Below, in pieces: positions 11,760 to 23,652 of a stretch of 64,000 nucleotides of DNA (position 1 is its first letter; every line of letters begins with the position of its first letter). The notes under the pieces were generated by a model. That model was not told where the DNA came from, searched no databases, and saw nothing but the letters and a program-made list of their open reading frames with translations. Position numbers and translations under genes: made by a program. Origin of the DNA: Squalus acanthias (taxonomy: Eukaryota); NCBI GenBank assembly GCA_030390025.1, contig CM059432.1, positions 7,316,001 to 7,380,000 on the forward strand. The letters run 5' to 3'.

Positions 11760-12185
11760 ATTGTAATGTAGTAAGCAGTGAGGAGGATAGTAGCAGACTT
11801 CAGGAGGACATAGGCAGACCGGTGAAATGGGCAGACACACGGCAGATGAAATTTAATGCAGAGAATTAGGAAGTGATGCATTTTGTGAGGAAAATGAGGA
11901 GAGGCAATACAAATTAAATGGTGCAGGAACAGAGAAACCTGGGGGTTCACGTACACAAATATATGAAGGAAAAGCTGAGAAGGCTGTTCTTAATAAAAAA
12001 ACATACGAGATCCTTGGCTTTATAAACAGAAATGAGAAGTCGCACAACACCAGGTTATAGTCCAACAGATTTATTTAATTTTACATGAGAATTTATAAAC
12101 AGAGGCATAGAGCAAGGAAGTTATGGTAAACCTTTCTAAATCATTGGTTAGGACCCAGCTGGAGTATTGTGTTCAATTCTAGGCA
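11760..12185 (+). mobile_element. Degenerate CR1-type LINE fragment with a 61-bp insertion
   Basis: Homology to LQEDID..W..F, LGFINRG, LVRTQLEYCVQF. Confidence 0.7.
12031..12091 (-). mobile_element. Short Penelope family B terminal fragment with 12-bp direct repeats
   Basis: GAGAAGTCGCACAACACCAGGTTATAGTCCAACAG identical to 470-504; flanked by TTTATAAACAGA at 12019-12030 and 12092-12103. Confidence 0.75.
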
Positions 12186-12396
12186 AAAAAAAAAATCAGC
12201 CTTGCATCTGCATTTTCTGACACCTTAAAAGTGAAAGCAGTGCGCTTCCTGTCCTGTGCATTAGCCAATTTGATCCATTGTTACTCGGCAAGATGAGGGC
12301 ACTTGATTTCCATGACACGTTTGCTGTCTTTGAAACAATTTTCTTTCAATTAATTTATCCAGCGGTAAGCTTCCGTAAACTAGCAGAAATCTTCAG

Positions 12397-12998
12397 TCCG
12401 TAAGGGGGACCCCGAGCTTCCGGTCGCCTGTCACTTTAATTCTCCGCTCCACTCCCACTCAGACCTCACCGTCCTCGGCCTCTTGCATTGTTCCACTGAA
12501 GCTCAGCGTAAGCTCGAGGAACAGCACCTCATCTTTCGATTAGGCCCTTTAGAGCCTTCTGGACTCAACATAGAGTTCAACAATTTCAGATCATAAACTG
12601 GCCCTATCATATATATATTTTTTATCCACACTTTTTGTTTGTGCCTTCTGTTCTTCTCTCCTACATGGCAGCTGTCTTTCATTCTGCCAGCGCAATTTAC
12701 ACTTCATCCAGAGCCATCCTTTGTTTCTTAACCTGTCCCATTACCATCTCCTTTTGCCTTGAATATCTCTTAATGTCTCTTCACCTCTCCTGCCTTCTAT
12801 CCTATCACAGACCTTCCCTTTTGTTCTTTCATCCCCTCCCCCCTTTCCCAGCCCCTACACTTGCTTAAAAATCTGTTCCATTTCCTGCTTTTTTAAAGTT
12901 CTGACGAAAGGTCATCGACCTGAAACGTTAACTCTGTTTCTCTCTTCACAGATGCTGCCTGACCTGCTGACTATCTCCAGCATTTTCTGTTTTTATTT
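12397..12998 (+). mobile_element. Penelope-like element family A, 3' fragment
   Basis: Homologous to 60145-60760 (PELPVACHFNS..EAQRKLEEQHLIFRLG); flanked by direct repeat CAGAAATCTTCAG at 12384-12396 and 12999-13011. Confidence 0.88.
12897..12933 (+). ncRNA. Minimal hammerhead ribozyme motif (family A)
   Basis: AGTT-CTGACGA-A-AGGTC(ATC)GACCT-GAAA-CG-T-T-AACT. Confidence 0.78.
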
Positions 12999-13062
12999 CA
13001 GAAATCTTCAGAGGTTGGCCTTAGTGGAAGACGAGGAAAGGAAAGACAACAATAGCTCATTA

Positions 13063-13262
13063 CATAGTATTTAGAGCACAGGAACGGGCCATTCGGTCCA
13101 ACTGCTCCATGCCGGTGTTTCTGCTCCACACGAGCCTCCTCCCACCCTACTTCATCTCACCCTATCAGCATATCCTTCTATTCCTTTCACCCTCATGTAC
13201 TTATCCAGCTTTCCCTTAAATGCATCTGTACTATTCACCACAACCACTCCATGTGGTAGTAA
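13063..13262 (-). mobile_element. CR1-type LINE 3' end fragment
   Basis: GGCCATTCGGTCC 3' UTR stem and CCACTCCATGTGGTAG (LPHGVV) homology. Confidence 0.7.
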
Positions 13263-13712
13263 ATGGTTCGGTTACTAAACAGAAAGGTGGTACTTTATTA
13301 GTTTATAAAACATCAATCAAGTATTTATTTTCACAAGATTACAGGGTTCTTGCTAATGAAGAGGAATTATCCTTATTCTTTCGATAATACAAATGCACCC
13401 CAGGAATGAAAATAAAATCTGTAATGTCAGAAGATTATTCAGTATAATTTCAGAGATTCTCCAACTAGGCAGGTATAACTTTTTAGTCTGTCCTACTACA
13501 GGTGTTTGACATATCTGACCAATGACAAGAATATTGCCTCTCCAATAACCTTTTCAATCGTTCCGGGTTATTGCATTTGCAATTTGCACCTGATATCTTC
13601 CTTATATTGCAGAACCACTTCTAGTGATTTTCAACTCACAGCCGCTTGTTCAACACTGGTAAAATGGGCGCTGGGCATCGAATTTTGGTTGGTGATCTCT
13701 CGCGCCCCACGT

Positions 13713-14147
13713 GTCAGCCGTGGCTCACTCTTGCCTCCGAGTCAGCAGGTTGTGGGTTCTCTCCAGAGACTTGAGCGCAAAGTCCAGGCTGACACTCCCA
13801 GTGCAGCGCTGAGGGAGCGCTGCACTGTCGGAGACGCCGTCTTTCGGATGGGGCGTTAGACCGAGGCCCCGTCTGCTCCTCTCAGGTGGACGTAAAAAGT
13901 CCCATTTCGAAGAAGAGCAGGGGGAGTTCTCCCCGGTGTCCTGGCCAATATTTATCCCTCAACCAACATCACTGAAAACAAACTATCTGATGATTATCAC
14001 ATTGCGGGACTTTGCTGTGCGCAAATTTGGCTGCTGTGTTTCCTACATTACAGCAGTGACTACACTTCAAAAAGTACTTCATTGGCTGTAAAGCGCTTTG
14101 GGACATCCTGAGGTCATGAAGGCGATATAGAAATGCAAGTCTTTCTT
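13713..14147 (+). mobile_element. Deu-domain SINE
   Basis: Homologous to 34509-34985; deletions in the A and B boxes. Confidence 0.85.
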
Positions 14148-14575
14148 TGTTTCCTTTCGTTCATTAATATTTCCAGACTTCAACACTTAAAAAATGGAAA
14201 ACAGATCATAAATAATACAAGTGGATATGAGGTTGTGTAATCTTGGTACAGCCTGTTCTATTATTCTTCCCGTTATATATTCACAGACACGTTTTTTGTG
14301 TCTCTTGCTGTCCAATGCTTTTGCAAACATGAATCTTCACGGCACTTTAAACAGGGCTGGTGAATAAAATCTCTAACAAGCGACAGCAGTAGACATTTCA
14401 AGAAGTGACTTACTTATTCACAAAGGTGTTATTGCAAAGCAGTTCCTTGTGTTTCTCTGAGGGAAAACACTTGCTATATTGGAGTAATCTCTAGTTATTG
14501 CCACTTTCAGTTAATATCAGTGTTGGTGGTAAACTCAATGGGATCGTGGTAAAGCTTCACAGTATCATAAAGAAC

Positions 14576-14870
14576 AAAGAAAGACTTGCATTTATATAGC
14601 GCCTTTCACGACCTCAGGATGTCCCAAAACGCTTTACAGCCAATGAAGTACTTTTATAAGTGGAGTCTCTGTTGTAATGTAGGAAACGCGGCAGCCAATT
14701 GCGCACAGCAAGCTCCCACAAACAGCAACGTGATAATGACCTGATAACCTGTTTTAGTGATGTTGATTGAGGGATAAATATTGGCCCAGGACAATGGGGA
14801 GAACTCCCCTGCTCTTACTTAAACACAGTGCTATGGGATCTTTTACATCCACCCGAGAGGGCAGACGGGG

Positions 14871-14901
<31 letters not shown>

Positions 14902-15042
14902 ATCTCCGACAGTGCAGCACTCCCTCAGCACTGCACTGGGAGTGTCAGCCTGGATTTTGTGCTCAAGTCTCTGGAGTGGGACTTGAACCCACATCCTTAT
15001 GTTCACACTCAGAGGCAAGAGTGCTACCAACTGAGCCACGAC
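14576..15042 (-). mobile_element. Deu-domain SINE
   Basis: Full-length homology to other copies. Confidence 0.85.
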
Positions 15043-16443
15043 TAAATCATTTATTTAGTTCCACTGAAATGCAATCGAGTTTTTTTTTCTTCCACGATAT
15101 GACTTTAATTCTAGTTAACTGGGTCATTCTCTGGTTACATTGTATTATACATTCATGTCCCCTTGGCTATGCATAATGCATAACGATTCTAAAAAATAAA
15201 TCAGCATTGCAGACTAATGTAAAGGTAATAGCAAATAAATTTAAGCAATCAAGTACCCCTTTGGATTTATTCTTGACATGCTCCACTTTTTGATTCACTC
15301 TTTTAAAAGCATTGATATGATGCACGTTGAAATAATATACTTCAAAAAGACAAGAGTTCTCTTGAGAGCACCATGACCTACCAATAACATCAGAACTGAC
15401 TGCAGTTTGCGTGAACTAGCCCTTAAGTGAGCATCTTAGGAGACTTAATGGACTTATTGAGTGATGGCTGATACATCTAAAAGGCATCTCAGCCATGAGA
15501 TAGATGAGTACAAAAAATATCTTTTCCCTATGAAATATGATATCGTACATCTATAAACAGTTTTATTATGAATGAAGGTTTGAGATCTTTCTCATACATA
15601 AGAATTGGTCTGGTCACAATGGCCTGGATTTTGCGATAGGAATAACGGTTTGGCCATCAGCGCTCACCGTTATCACGGAGTAAATCGGACAGCAACTTCC
15701 GGCGTCCGCACATGCGCAGTTAAACGCGGATATCTGGAAGTTGCTGTCCGAGTTGCCCTGCTCCTCTACAAGCTTCGTTACACCGGTATCTCGCCGAGAG
15801 ACTCGGCAGTCAAACACATGGAATGGCGCGAAATTGCGGCACTTACCCGCTAAACACCTGTTAAACACGCCAGAAAAAGTTAGGGCTGGTGCATTCAGGT
15901 GTAAGTGAATTTTTAATGTCGTGATAAGTCTTAATTACTGCCAAACAACCTCTCTGGCACTGAAAATTCAATTTTACAAGTGTGGTGTCTCATTCCTTCA
16001 GCATTTAATTATTGTTGGAGATTTAAAAAAAATAAAAATTACAATTTTTTTTAACTTTTTATTTCTGTCTCTCTTCATCCCATCTTTCTTTCCCTCGCCT
16101 TATTTTGTTTTCTGTACCTGATTTTACATTGAATTAAACATTCTAATTAATACTTCCTGGTTTAGACTCTGCGGCCGCGATTTTATTTCAGGAGGCGGCT
16201 TGGAGTCAGGTTGCGTGGTGGGCGGGGTCTGGACCCGCGGCCGGCTAGATCAGCTCCGGTTTTGAAATTTTTAGTCAATTGCCTTGTTAAGTTAATTGGG
16301 GCGCGCTGGCCGGTCCAATAACTGGGATCGGGTCTGTTAGCCGCCTCTGATGACATCATTATTGCAGATGCTTTTAATGGTCCCATGCAGCCTCAGCCTT
16401 TCAGTTCTTGATTCTGCTGGTTTGTGCCTGTGTGAGAGCAAGA

Positions 16444-18318
16444 ATGAATGCTTCCAGAGGCAAGGCAGCTCCACGCTTCAATGAGGAGTGCCTCCAAGCT
16501 CTTGTTGAGGCAGTAAAAGGGTGCAGGGAGATTCTCTTCCCTCCGGATTGCTGGAGGAAGCATCCTCAGCAGACCAAGGCAGCTTGGCTGCGCATTGCTG
16601 AGGAGGTCAGCGCAAGGTCCGTGTGTTCACGCTCATGGATCCAGTGCAGGAAATGCTTTAATGATCTTCTGCGATCATCAAAAGTGAGTATCCCATCACA
16701 CTTACCTTCAATCTGCTTCCCTTCTCTTCTCATCACCAGCACTCTGCTTTGTAAGCCCGCTCCTCCACATCCCACCTTACCCTTACTTCCCCTGCACCCT
16801 TACCTATCCATCTCTGTGTCTGCACTGAACCACTTCACCATCCTGCCTATGCACCCCTCACACTCGCTCTCACTGTTATGCATTGTCAACAATTAACAAC
16901 GCACAGGGAGGCAGCTTCCTCTTGGCACCTCACTCCATCTTGGTCTCCCTCTAAGCTTCTATGTTAGGGATTCTTCACACTCACTCCATCACTGTGGTTG
17001 AAACTCCGCTTGAGTCCCTCCTTGCAGGAAAAGATAGCCCACAATAAGAGGGAGAGAGCACTGACAGGAGGAGGCACACCAACCTTTGCAACATTGACGA
17101 GTGCTGAGGAGGCAGCGCACAAAATCGTCGGAGGTGGCGAGGATCTGGAAGTGGGCGATGGAGAGATGGGCGCACTAGATGAAGCTGGTGACAGAATAGA
17201 GTTTCATCCCTCTCATTTACATTTAATGATTGACTGCAATGGCATGTGATGTTCATAGAGATTCACTTTGTATCATCTGCACAAAAGGATGTGTCTGCTA
17301 CATCAAAATCAGATGTCTAACTCATGCCTTTACTCTCCCACAGGACCATCGAGAGCCCCCATCCCCACTGTCCAGGAAGAAGAGCCAGACGACTCCTCAG
17401 AGGAACCTGCAGCCTCTGAGGGAGCAGCGTCACCAGGACTCAGTGCACCCAGCACCAGCGCAGAAACGCCCACCTTGGCGGGGCCCTCGCGACTTAGAGT
17501 AGTGTTGTCACCTGGTGTATCACAGCTCACAAGTGAGCATCAGCAGATGGTGGAGACAGCGACAGCAGTGGAGAGTCCTCGTCGGAGGTTGCAGGACTCT
17601 CCTAGCTCTGCTGAGCTGCATGTAGACGCTGTGCCTCTGGGGCCATCCAGAAAGAGAGCGGTTTGGGAACTCCAGGAACAAGGGCAGGAGTCTCTGGAAG
17701 GGTTTGCCTCCAGGGTAAGTGCGAGTGTGCAGAGAATGGAGGAGTCTATCTCTAACATGAGCACTGTCTTTGTGGAGGCAATGGCGCATGAACGTACTTC
17801 CATGGATAGGATGGCAACCTCCATGGAGGACATAAGTCGCCAGAGTCGTCGTCTTAGGTAGTAATGAAAACATGGTGACTGTTCAAAATAGATTGTAATC
17901 TCTGGAGGAGAGATGGGCATCTATTGAGCAGAGACACCAGAGCTTCATGGACGTCCTTGTGATGAGGACTGCCAGTACAGATATGGGTCCTCATGGCCCC
18001 CCTGATGTGCAGCAAGGTGCTCTCCGGCCACTCGCTAGCACTGACGTGCGGCTGACCCATGAGAGGGATGTTGCTGGCAGCCAACAAGGAAGTGTGGGCT
18101 CCTCTCCAAGCGCTCACACGACCATGCCACTGCAGAGCCCTCGGTCAGAGACCCACATTGCTCACCCAACTGAGATGGCCGTTTCAGCCCCTGCACAGCC
18201 GCAGGAAGAGCAGACTGTGGAGGAGCCCTCCCAGGCTCCCAAACCCAGAGGATGCCCGCCAAAGGCGTCTAAGCAGGCGCAGCATCAAAATGAGCAAGGT
18301 GCCTCTGCATCTGCTTAA
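16444..18318 (+). pseudogene. Harbinger Myb/SANT-like DNA-binding protein, spliced (exons 16444-16683, 17028-17187, 17344-18318), lesions near 17860-17900
   Basis: APRFNEECLQALVEAV..AWLRIAEEVSA..RSWIQCRKCFNDL; GTGAGT donor, TTGCAG acceptor, EKIAHNKRERALTGGG; exon phases consistent. Confidence 0.82.
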
Positions 18319-18678
18319 GCCACAGGGGAACCATTACGTAGAAGCACGCGTAAGAGGAAGATAAAGCATGAATAGTCACAAGGAGATTCACTTGGGTGTT
18401 TTGTCATGATTTTTCTGCTTCTACTTACGAGTTTGTTGCATTGTGATCCTTTTGTCAATGTAGTAAACAAAAGTGATGGCAGACAGTTGAATGTGTGGCC
18501 TATGTGTTCTGGGAAATGGCAAATGCGCATTGAGGCCTCAGGGCGACTTGCATTTGTAATGATGATGGTGAAAGTGATAAGAAAGAACCGGTTATAGCAG
18601 AGATGATGTGTGACGTTGGAGGAAGGTCACCTACTATTAGAGAGCCCTATGGTAGCCACCTATGGTTGAAGAGTAAGC

Positions 18679-18845
18679 TTATGCGAATGTGGCATGGCAG
18701 AGTGCATCCTTTGCTTGACGGGCAGCAGTGAACTGGAGGGATGCTACATTAGTCGTCTTCTTCTTCTTCTTCTTCTTCTTCTTCTTCTTCTTCTCTGCTC
18801 CTCCGATTATGACGACCAGGATGAAAAGAAATAAATGGAGCCCAT
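18679..18845 (-). pseudogene. Collapsed Harbinger transposase: N- and C-terminal stumps joined at (GAA)n
   Basis: Minus strand ATG GGC TCC..GAG GAG CAG AGA AGA.. then, in another frame, ..TAARQAKDALCHATFA*, similar to [14 protein letters not shown] at the end of the 43260-44452 transposase. Confidence 0.6.
18756..18794. repeat. (TTC)n microsatellite, about 13 units
   Basis: Read directly. Confidence 0.95.
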
Positions 18846-19616
18846 AGCGCTGGTAGATATCTCAGTCAAGGAAGGTTGTGAGCGCTCGGACAGAGTGACC
18901 AGAGGGTGTTCCAAGGAGCTGACACAGCAGATGGATGTCAGACTCTAACCTCACAAGATTAGTTGAGCACCAAAATGTCTCCCAAACCTCAAGCCACTAA
19001 GTTGTGGCCTGTGAAAGAATGAGACATATTGCAGGACCGCTTTAAAGCTGCTCGAGCAGCTGTCAACGATTGAGGTCCGAGATGAACGCGCCTCCATCCA
19101 CCAGGCGTGTTTTGATGAAGGCGGGCAGCATCTTGAAAAACCACGAAAAAAATGATCAGCCCTTTAAAATAGGATTAACCAGGCAGTTACCGACCTGTTA
19201 ACTGCCTTGACAACCTGTCCCGCCGTTTGGTGTTGGGTCAGTTCGGGAGCGGCTGACCCGACACTTCCGAAAGTTGCGTGGAGGCGGGTTCGCAGCCCCG
19301 CCCCCAATTTCTCCGATTTTCGCGACAGACCCGCCTCCAAACCCGCCCCCCTCAGAGGAATAAAATTCGCGGCCTGCGTGTCTCAGTGAGGATTCTTCAG
19401 TCTGATTGGTTGAAGAGATGCGCTGTTGCTTGTCCTGCTCACACACCCCACAGATCCCCTGTAGAGGGCGCCGCGCTGAAAAGGATCTCGGGGAGCGGTA
19501 AATTGCCGCTCAACGGGCATCAATAAGCACGATGATGGGCGAGTGCCGTTCCTTCGCCCCTGACCGCAATATCCGGGCCAATGTGCAGCAACATCCGAAG
19601 TTAGTTCATAATCAAT

Positions 19617-20336
19617 GGACCCGATCTTAGCGGGGAGCCGGGGAGGCCCTAATGGGCTGAAGAAACCAGCAAGGCTGGGGCCGATCATAACGGCAGGGCC
19701 TCATTGGAATATTGTTGGGCCGCCTCACACCTGGCAGCTGGCAGCCCGTGGGAATGATCCCTGGCAATCGTGAGGGTTCGGGGGGAGGCTAGAGATCAGG
19801 GCTGAGGGGGAGGTTGGAGATCGGGGGGAGGGAGGGAGGCTGGAGATCGGGGCTGGGGGGAGGCTGGTGATTGGGGCTGGGGGGGGAGGCTAGAGGTTGG
19901 GGCCAGGCTGGAGATTGGGGCTGGATGGTGTTCTGCTGGAGATCAAGGCTGTGTGGGGAGGCTGGTGATTGGGGTTGTGGGGGTAGGCTGGAGATTGGGG
20001 CCAGGCTGGAGATTGGGGCTGGATGGTGTTCTGCTGGAGATGAGGGCTTGCGGGGCGGGGGGGGGAGAGGAAGCTGGAGATCAAGGCTGTGGGGGGTAGG
20101 CTGGAGATCAGGCCTGGGGAGGCAGCAGAAGGCTCCGGGCATTGATCGGGGCTGGGGGAGGGAAAAGACTTCCTTGTGAGGACTGCGGGGAGCATTCCTG
20201 CTCTTCCTGGCCCAGAAGGAGCCCTAACAGAGCAGATCTTCAGGGCTTACCTTCGGGATTTGGCAGCTCCCACCTCGGATACAGCCGATAGCTTGGGCCT
20301 CCTCCTCACTTCCAGTTAAATTGAAATTGTGGGGCC
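19617..20336. mobile_element. Probable Harbinger-type MITE with internal G-rich minisatellite
   Basis: Degenerate GGACCCGAT..GGGGCC ends, AAT/GAT flanks; shares the CCTGCTC(C/T)TCCTGGCCCA motif with 39669-40293. Confidence 0.5.
19785..20160. repeat. Minisatellite of GGCTGGAGAT(C/T)GGGG-like units
   Basis: More than 12 imperfect units read directly. Confidence 0.8.
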
Positions 20337-20650
20337 GATGGTGAAATCAGGCTGCAACTTTGGAATTTTATCTGCTGGAAGATCTTCATTTTAGTGGATG
20401 AGTTGCTTGTTGAAAATCGAATATGGAAACCCCGAAAGGCAAACAACTGGCATAAACTGGGGGCAAATACTGCCCACACATCGAAATAAATAAAAGAAGT
20501 TGATCCAATTCTCATTCAGTTTTACATAGAAAATTGACCCATTAACTACACAAAATGTAAAACAACTGTGCTTTACATTTAGAAAATAAGACTAGGTTAA
20601 AATACACAGCACGTTAATGAAGGATGTAACACCCCACAATACTAACTTAT

Positions 20651-21318
20651 CTTTGGAATTCTCTACCCCAGAGGGCTGTGGAGGCTCAGTCGTTGAGTAT
20701 ATTCAAGACAGAGATCGATAGATTTTTGGGCACTAAGGGACTCGAGGGATATGAGGATAGGGCAGGAAAGTGGAGTTGAGATAAAAGTTCAGCCATGATC
20801 ATCTTCTTCTTAGGCAGTCCCTCGGAACCGAGGATGACTTGCTTCCACACCAAAAATGAGTTCTCAGGTGACTGATGAGTCCAATGTGGGACCTACAGTC
20901 TCTGTCACAGGTGGGGCAGACGGTGGTTGAAGAGGCAGGTGGGTGGGGTGCTTGGGTTGACGTGCGCTCCTTGCACTGCCTGCGCTTGGCTTCCGCTTGT
21001 TCCAGGTGAAGAGACTCGAGGTGATCGGCGCCTTCCCAGATGCTTCTCCTCCACTTTGTGCGGTCTTGGGCCAGGGATTCCCAGGTGTCGGTGGGGATGT
21101 TGCACTTTTTCAAGGAGGCTTTGAGGGTGTCCTTGAAGCGTTTCCTCTGCCCACCTGGGGCTCTCTTGCCGTGCCGGAGCTCCGAGTAGAGCGCTTGTTT
21201 TGGGAGTCTCGTATCGGGCATGCGGACGATGTGACCCGTCCATTGGAGCTGATCGAGCGTGGTCAAAGCTTCGATGCTGTTATTGAATGGCCTACTCCTG
21301 CTCCTAATTCTTATGTTC
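20651..21318 (+). mobile_element. CR1 3' tail split by an RTE insertion
   Basis: ..CAGCCATGATC | TTATTGAATGG.. rejoins across 20801-21279. Confidence 0.75.
20801..21279 (-). mobile_element. RTE-clade LINE 3' fragment
   Basis: QLQWTGHIVRMPDTRLPKQALYSEL..GGQRKRFKDTLKASLK..CPTCDRDCRSHIGLISHLRTH; (GAA)n tail. Confidence 0.9.
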
Positions 21319-21744
21319 TAACAGCTTTAAATAGTCTGCACAGAGTGCTGGGTTTAGAGATTTACTTCACCAGGCTCAACCAATCTGTGTGTAAATTCTT
21401 GAGAAAGCAATTGATGCTGAAGCTGGTTTAAGGTCAGGAAAGATGTGGCACCTTCTGCTGTTTCTCTGCTCTCGTGCTTCACCTCGTCTTACAATGAGTT
21501 GAACACCTCATTGTACTTAGTTGAACTCTTTGTTGCTGTTAGGATTGCCATTTCAAAATGCATTCACTAAGTTTGGAAAAGTTAATGAGAAGAAAAAAAT
21601 TCAATCAAAAGTATTTTTTTTTACTTTGGATAAACCGATGTACGACAGCAGTTTAGTTCACAGCAGTAACTGAACATAGTTCAGTGAGTTGTGAACCATT
21701 TCCTGCTCGGTCAATCATCTTCTCCATAATACAATATGTAAGTA

Positions 21745-22192
21745 GTCAGTTGTGGCTCAGTGGGTAGCACACTCACCTGTGAGTCAGAAGGTTGTGGGTT
21801 CAAGTCCCATTCCAAGAGACATGAGCGCAAAAATCTAGGCTGACACTCCCAGTGCAGTGCTGAGGGAGTGCTGCACTGTCAGAGGTGCCGTCGATCGGAT
21901 GAGATGTTAAACCGAGTCCTCGTCTGCTCTCTCAGGTGGATGTAAAAGATCCCATGGCACTATTTCGAATAAGAGCAGGGGAGTTCTCCCTGGTGTCCTG
22001 GCCAATATTTATCACTCAAAACAGATTATCTGGTCATTATCACATTGCTGTTTGTGGGATCTTGCTGTGTGCAGATTGGCTGCTGCGTTTCCCACATTAC
22101 AACAGTGACTACATCCAAAAGTATTTCATTGGCTGTAAAGTGCTTTGGGATGTCCTGAGGTTTTGAGAGGTGTGAAATAAATGCAAACCTGT
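21745..22192 (+). mobile_element. Deu-domain SINE
   Basis: A box TGGCTCAGTGG, B box GGTTCAAGTCC, core and tail. Confidence 0.87.
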
Positions 22193-22316
22193 CTTTCATC
22201 CCGTTGGTGTTTCAAAGAACTTTTATCTTAAAACTGTAAATAACTGAAATCATCAGGTGTTCACTAGAAGTAGCTGCTGGTTTTGCAATCAGCGAGGGGG
22301 TTGCAGGTGGGGGGGA

Positions 22317-22590
22317 GTCTAGGACAAAGGGGGACATAACCTTGGAATCAGAGCCAGGCCATTCAGGAGAGGGTGATAGAAGTGTGGAACTCTCTCCCAC
22401 AATAAGCAGTAGACGCTAGCTCGATCAATCAATTTAAATCTGGGATCGATAGATTTTTTTTTTGCTAGCCAAGGGTATAAAGTGGATATGGAGATCGTGG
22501 CGGGTGGAGTTAGGATAAAGATCAGCCATGATCTCATAGAATGGAACGGAACAGGCTGGAGGGGCTGAATGGACGACTCCTGCTCCTATG
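22317..22590 (+). mobile_element. CR1-type LINE 3' fragment
   Basis: Homologous to 35620-35920. Confidence 0.75.
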
Positions 22591-23036
22591 ACAGTCAAGT
22601 CGAGGAGTGGTAGAGCTCGAGAAGGAGAGTATTACTCTCTAATCCCATGAGAATCAGTTGTGCTTTTCTGGTTTCTGCAAGTAAGCTGTCAAAGCTTCTC
22701 CAGGCCTCCAACTAAAACTTGCAGCTCAGGTCCCGATGGCGTCCTGTAAGTTTCTGGGCCGTGTTCTGTAGTGTCGTAACCTATTTTTAAAACTAACTGA
22801 TTTTGATGGTGTTCCGACAGTTGGTTTGTTTTGAAAATGTATGTGCATGCAGTGAGCACTGGTGACATCATCAGAGCTAGCTTGGGGATTTACTGAGGGA
22901 GCAAGTGGAAAGGAAACAACATACACGACTGAAATAATGTAAGCGCTGAAACACTCTGTGCTAGCAATTTATTTTGACTGACGTTATTGCAGCTCTGACG
23001 CTGCCAGACTTCTCCAAGTCAGTTCTCTTGAAGGAT

Positions 23037-23434
23037 CCCACTCCAGGGACATGAGCACGAGAATCTAGGCTGACACTCCCTGTGCAGGGCTGAGGGAGCG
23101 CTGCACTGTCGGAGGTGCCGTCTTTCGGATGAGATGTTAAACCGAGGCCCTGTCTGCTCTCTCAGGTGGACGTAGAAGATCCCAGGGCCACCATTTCAAA
23201 GAACAGCAGGGGAGTTCTCCCCGGTGTCCTGGGCCAATATTTATCCCTCAATCAACATCATTATCTGGTCATTATCACATTGCTGTTTGTGGGAGCTTGC
23301 TGTGCGCAAATTGGCTGCCGCGTTTCCTACATTACAACAGTGACTGCACTTCAAAAAGTACTTCATTGGCTGTAAAGCGCTTTGGGATGTCTGGCGGTCG
23401 TGAAAGGCGCTATATAAATGCAAGACTTTCTTTC
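23037..23434 (+). mobile_element. Deu-domain SINE, 5'-truncated
   Basis: Core and tail homology. Confidence 0.85.
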
Positions 23435-23652
23435 TTCATTATTGTCCCCTCAATAAAACATCAAGCAATGATATCTTGTGACTAATTTGTAAGAAGGATT
23501 CTAATGGTGAGACTAGGGTTTGTATATTCCCTTTGTGGGAGTGTCTCTGGATCGGAGTTGTAGTTTGAAGTTTATCTCATCATCTTTGCTAACAACTGGA
23601 CATGCTAAGGTTCAGTAGGTGGCCTGCTTGCTGACCAGCCGAACGAGAGTAT

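Larger units (their letters stand above)
16173..19374. mobile_element. PIF/Harbinger DNA transposon, internally deleted
   Basis: TIR GGCCGCGA(A)TTTTATT; TSD TGC at 16170-16172 and 19375-19377; contains a Myb/SANT gene and transposase stumps. Confidence 0.88.
15621..19579. mobile_element. Harbinger-type MITE (about 750 bp) split by a 3.2-kb nested Harbinger
   Basis: TIR GGCCTGGATTTTGCG vs GGCCCGGATATTGCG (rc of right end); TSD AAT at 15618-15620 and 19580-19582. Confidence 0.85.

Noticed and set aside
19785..20160. CRISPR-like array or proline-rich ORFs
   Set aside because: Degenerate minisatellite without unique spacers in a eukaryotic context; ORFs are low-complexity artefacts
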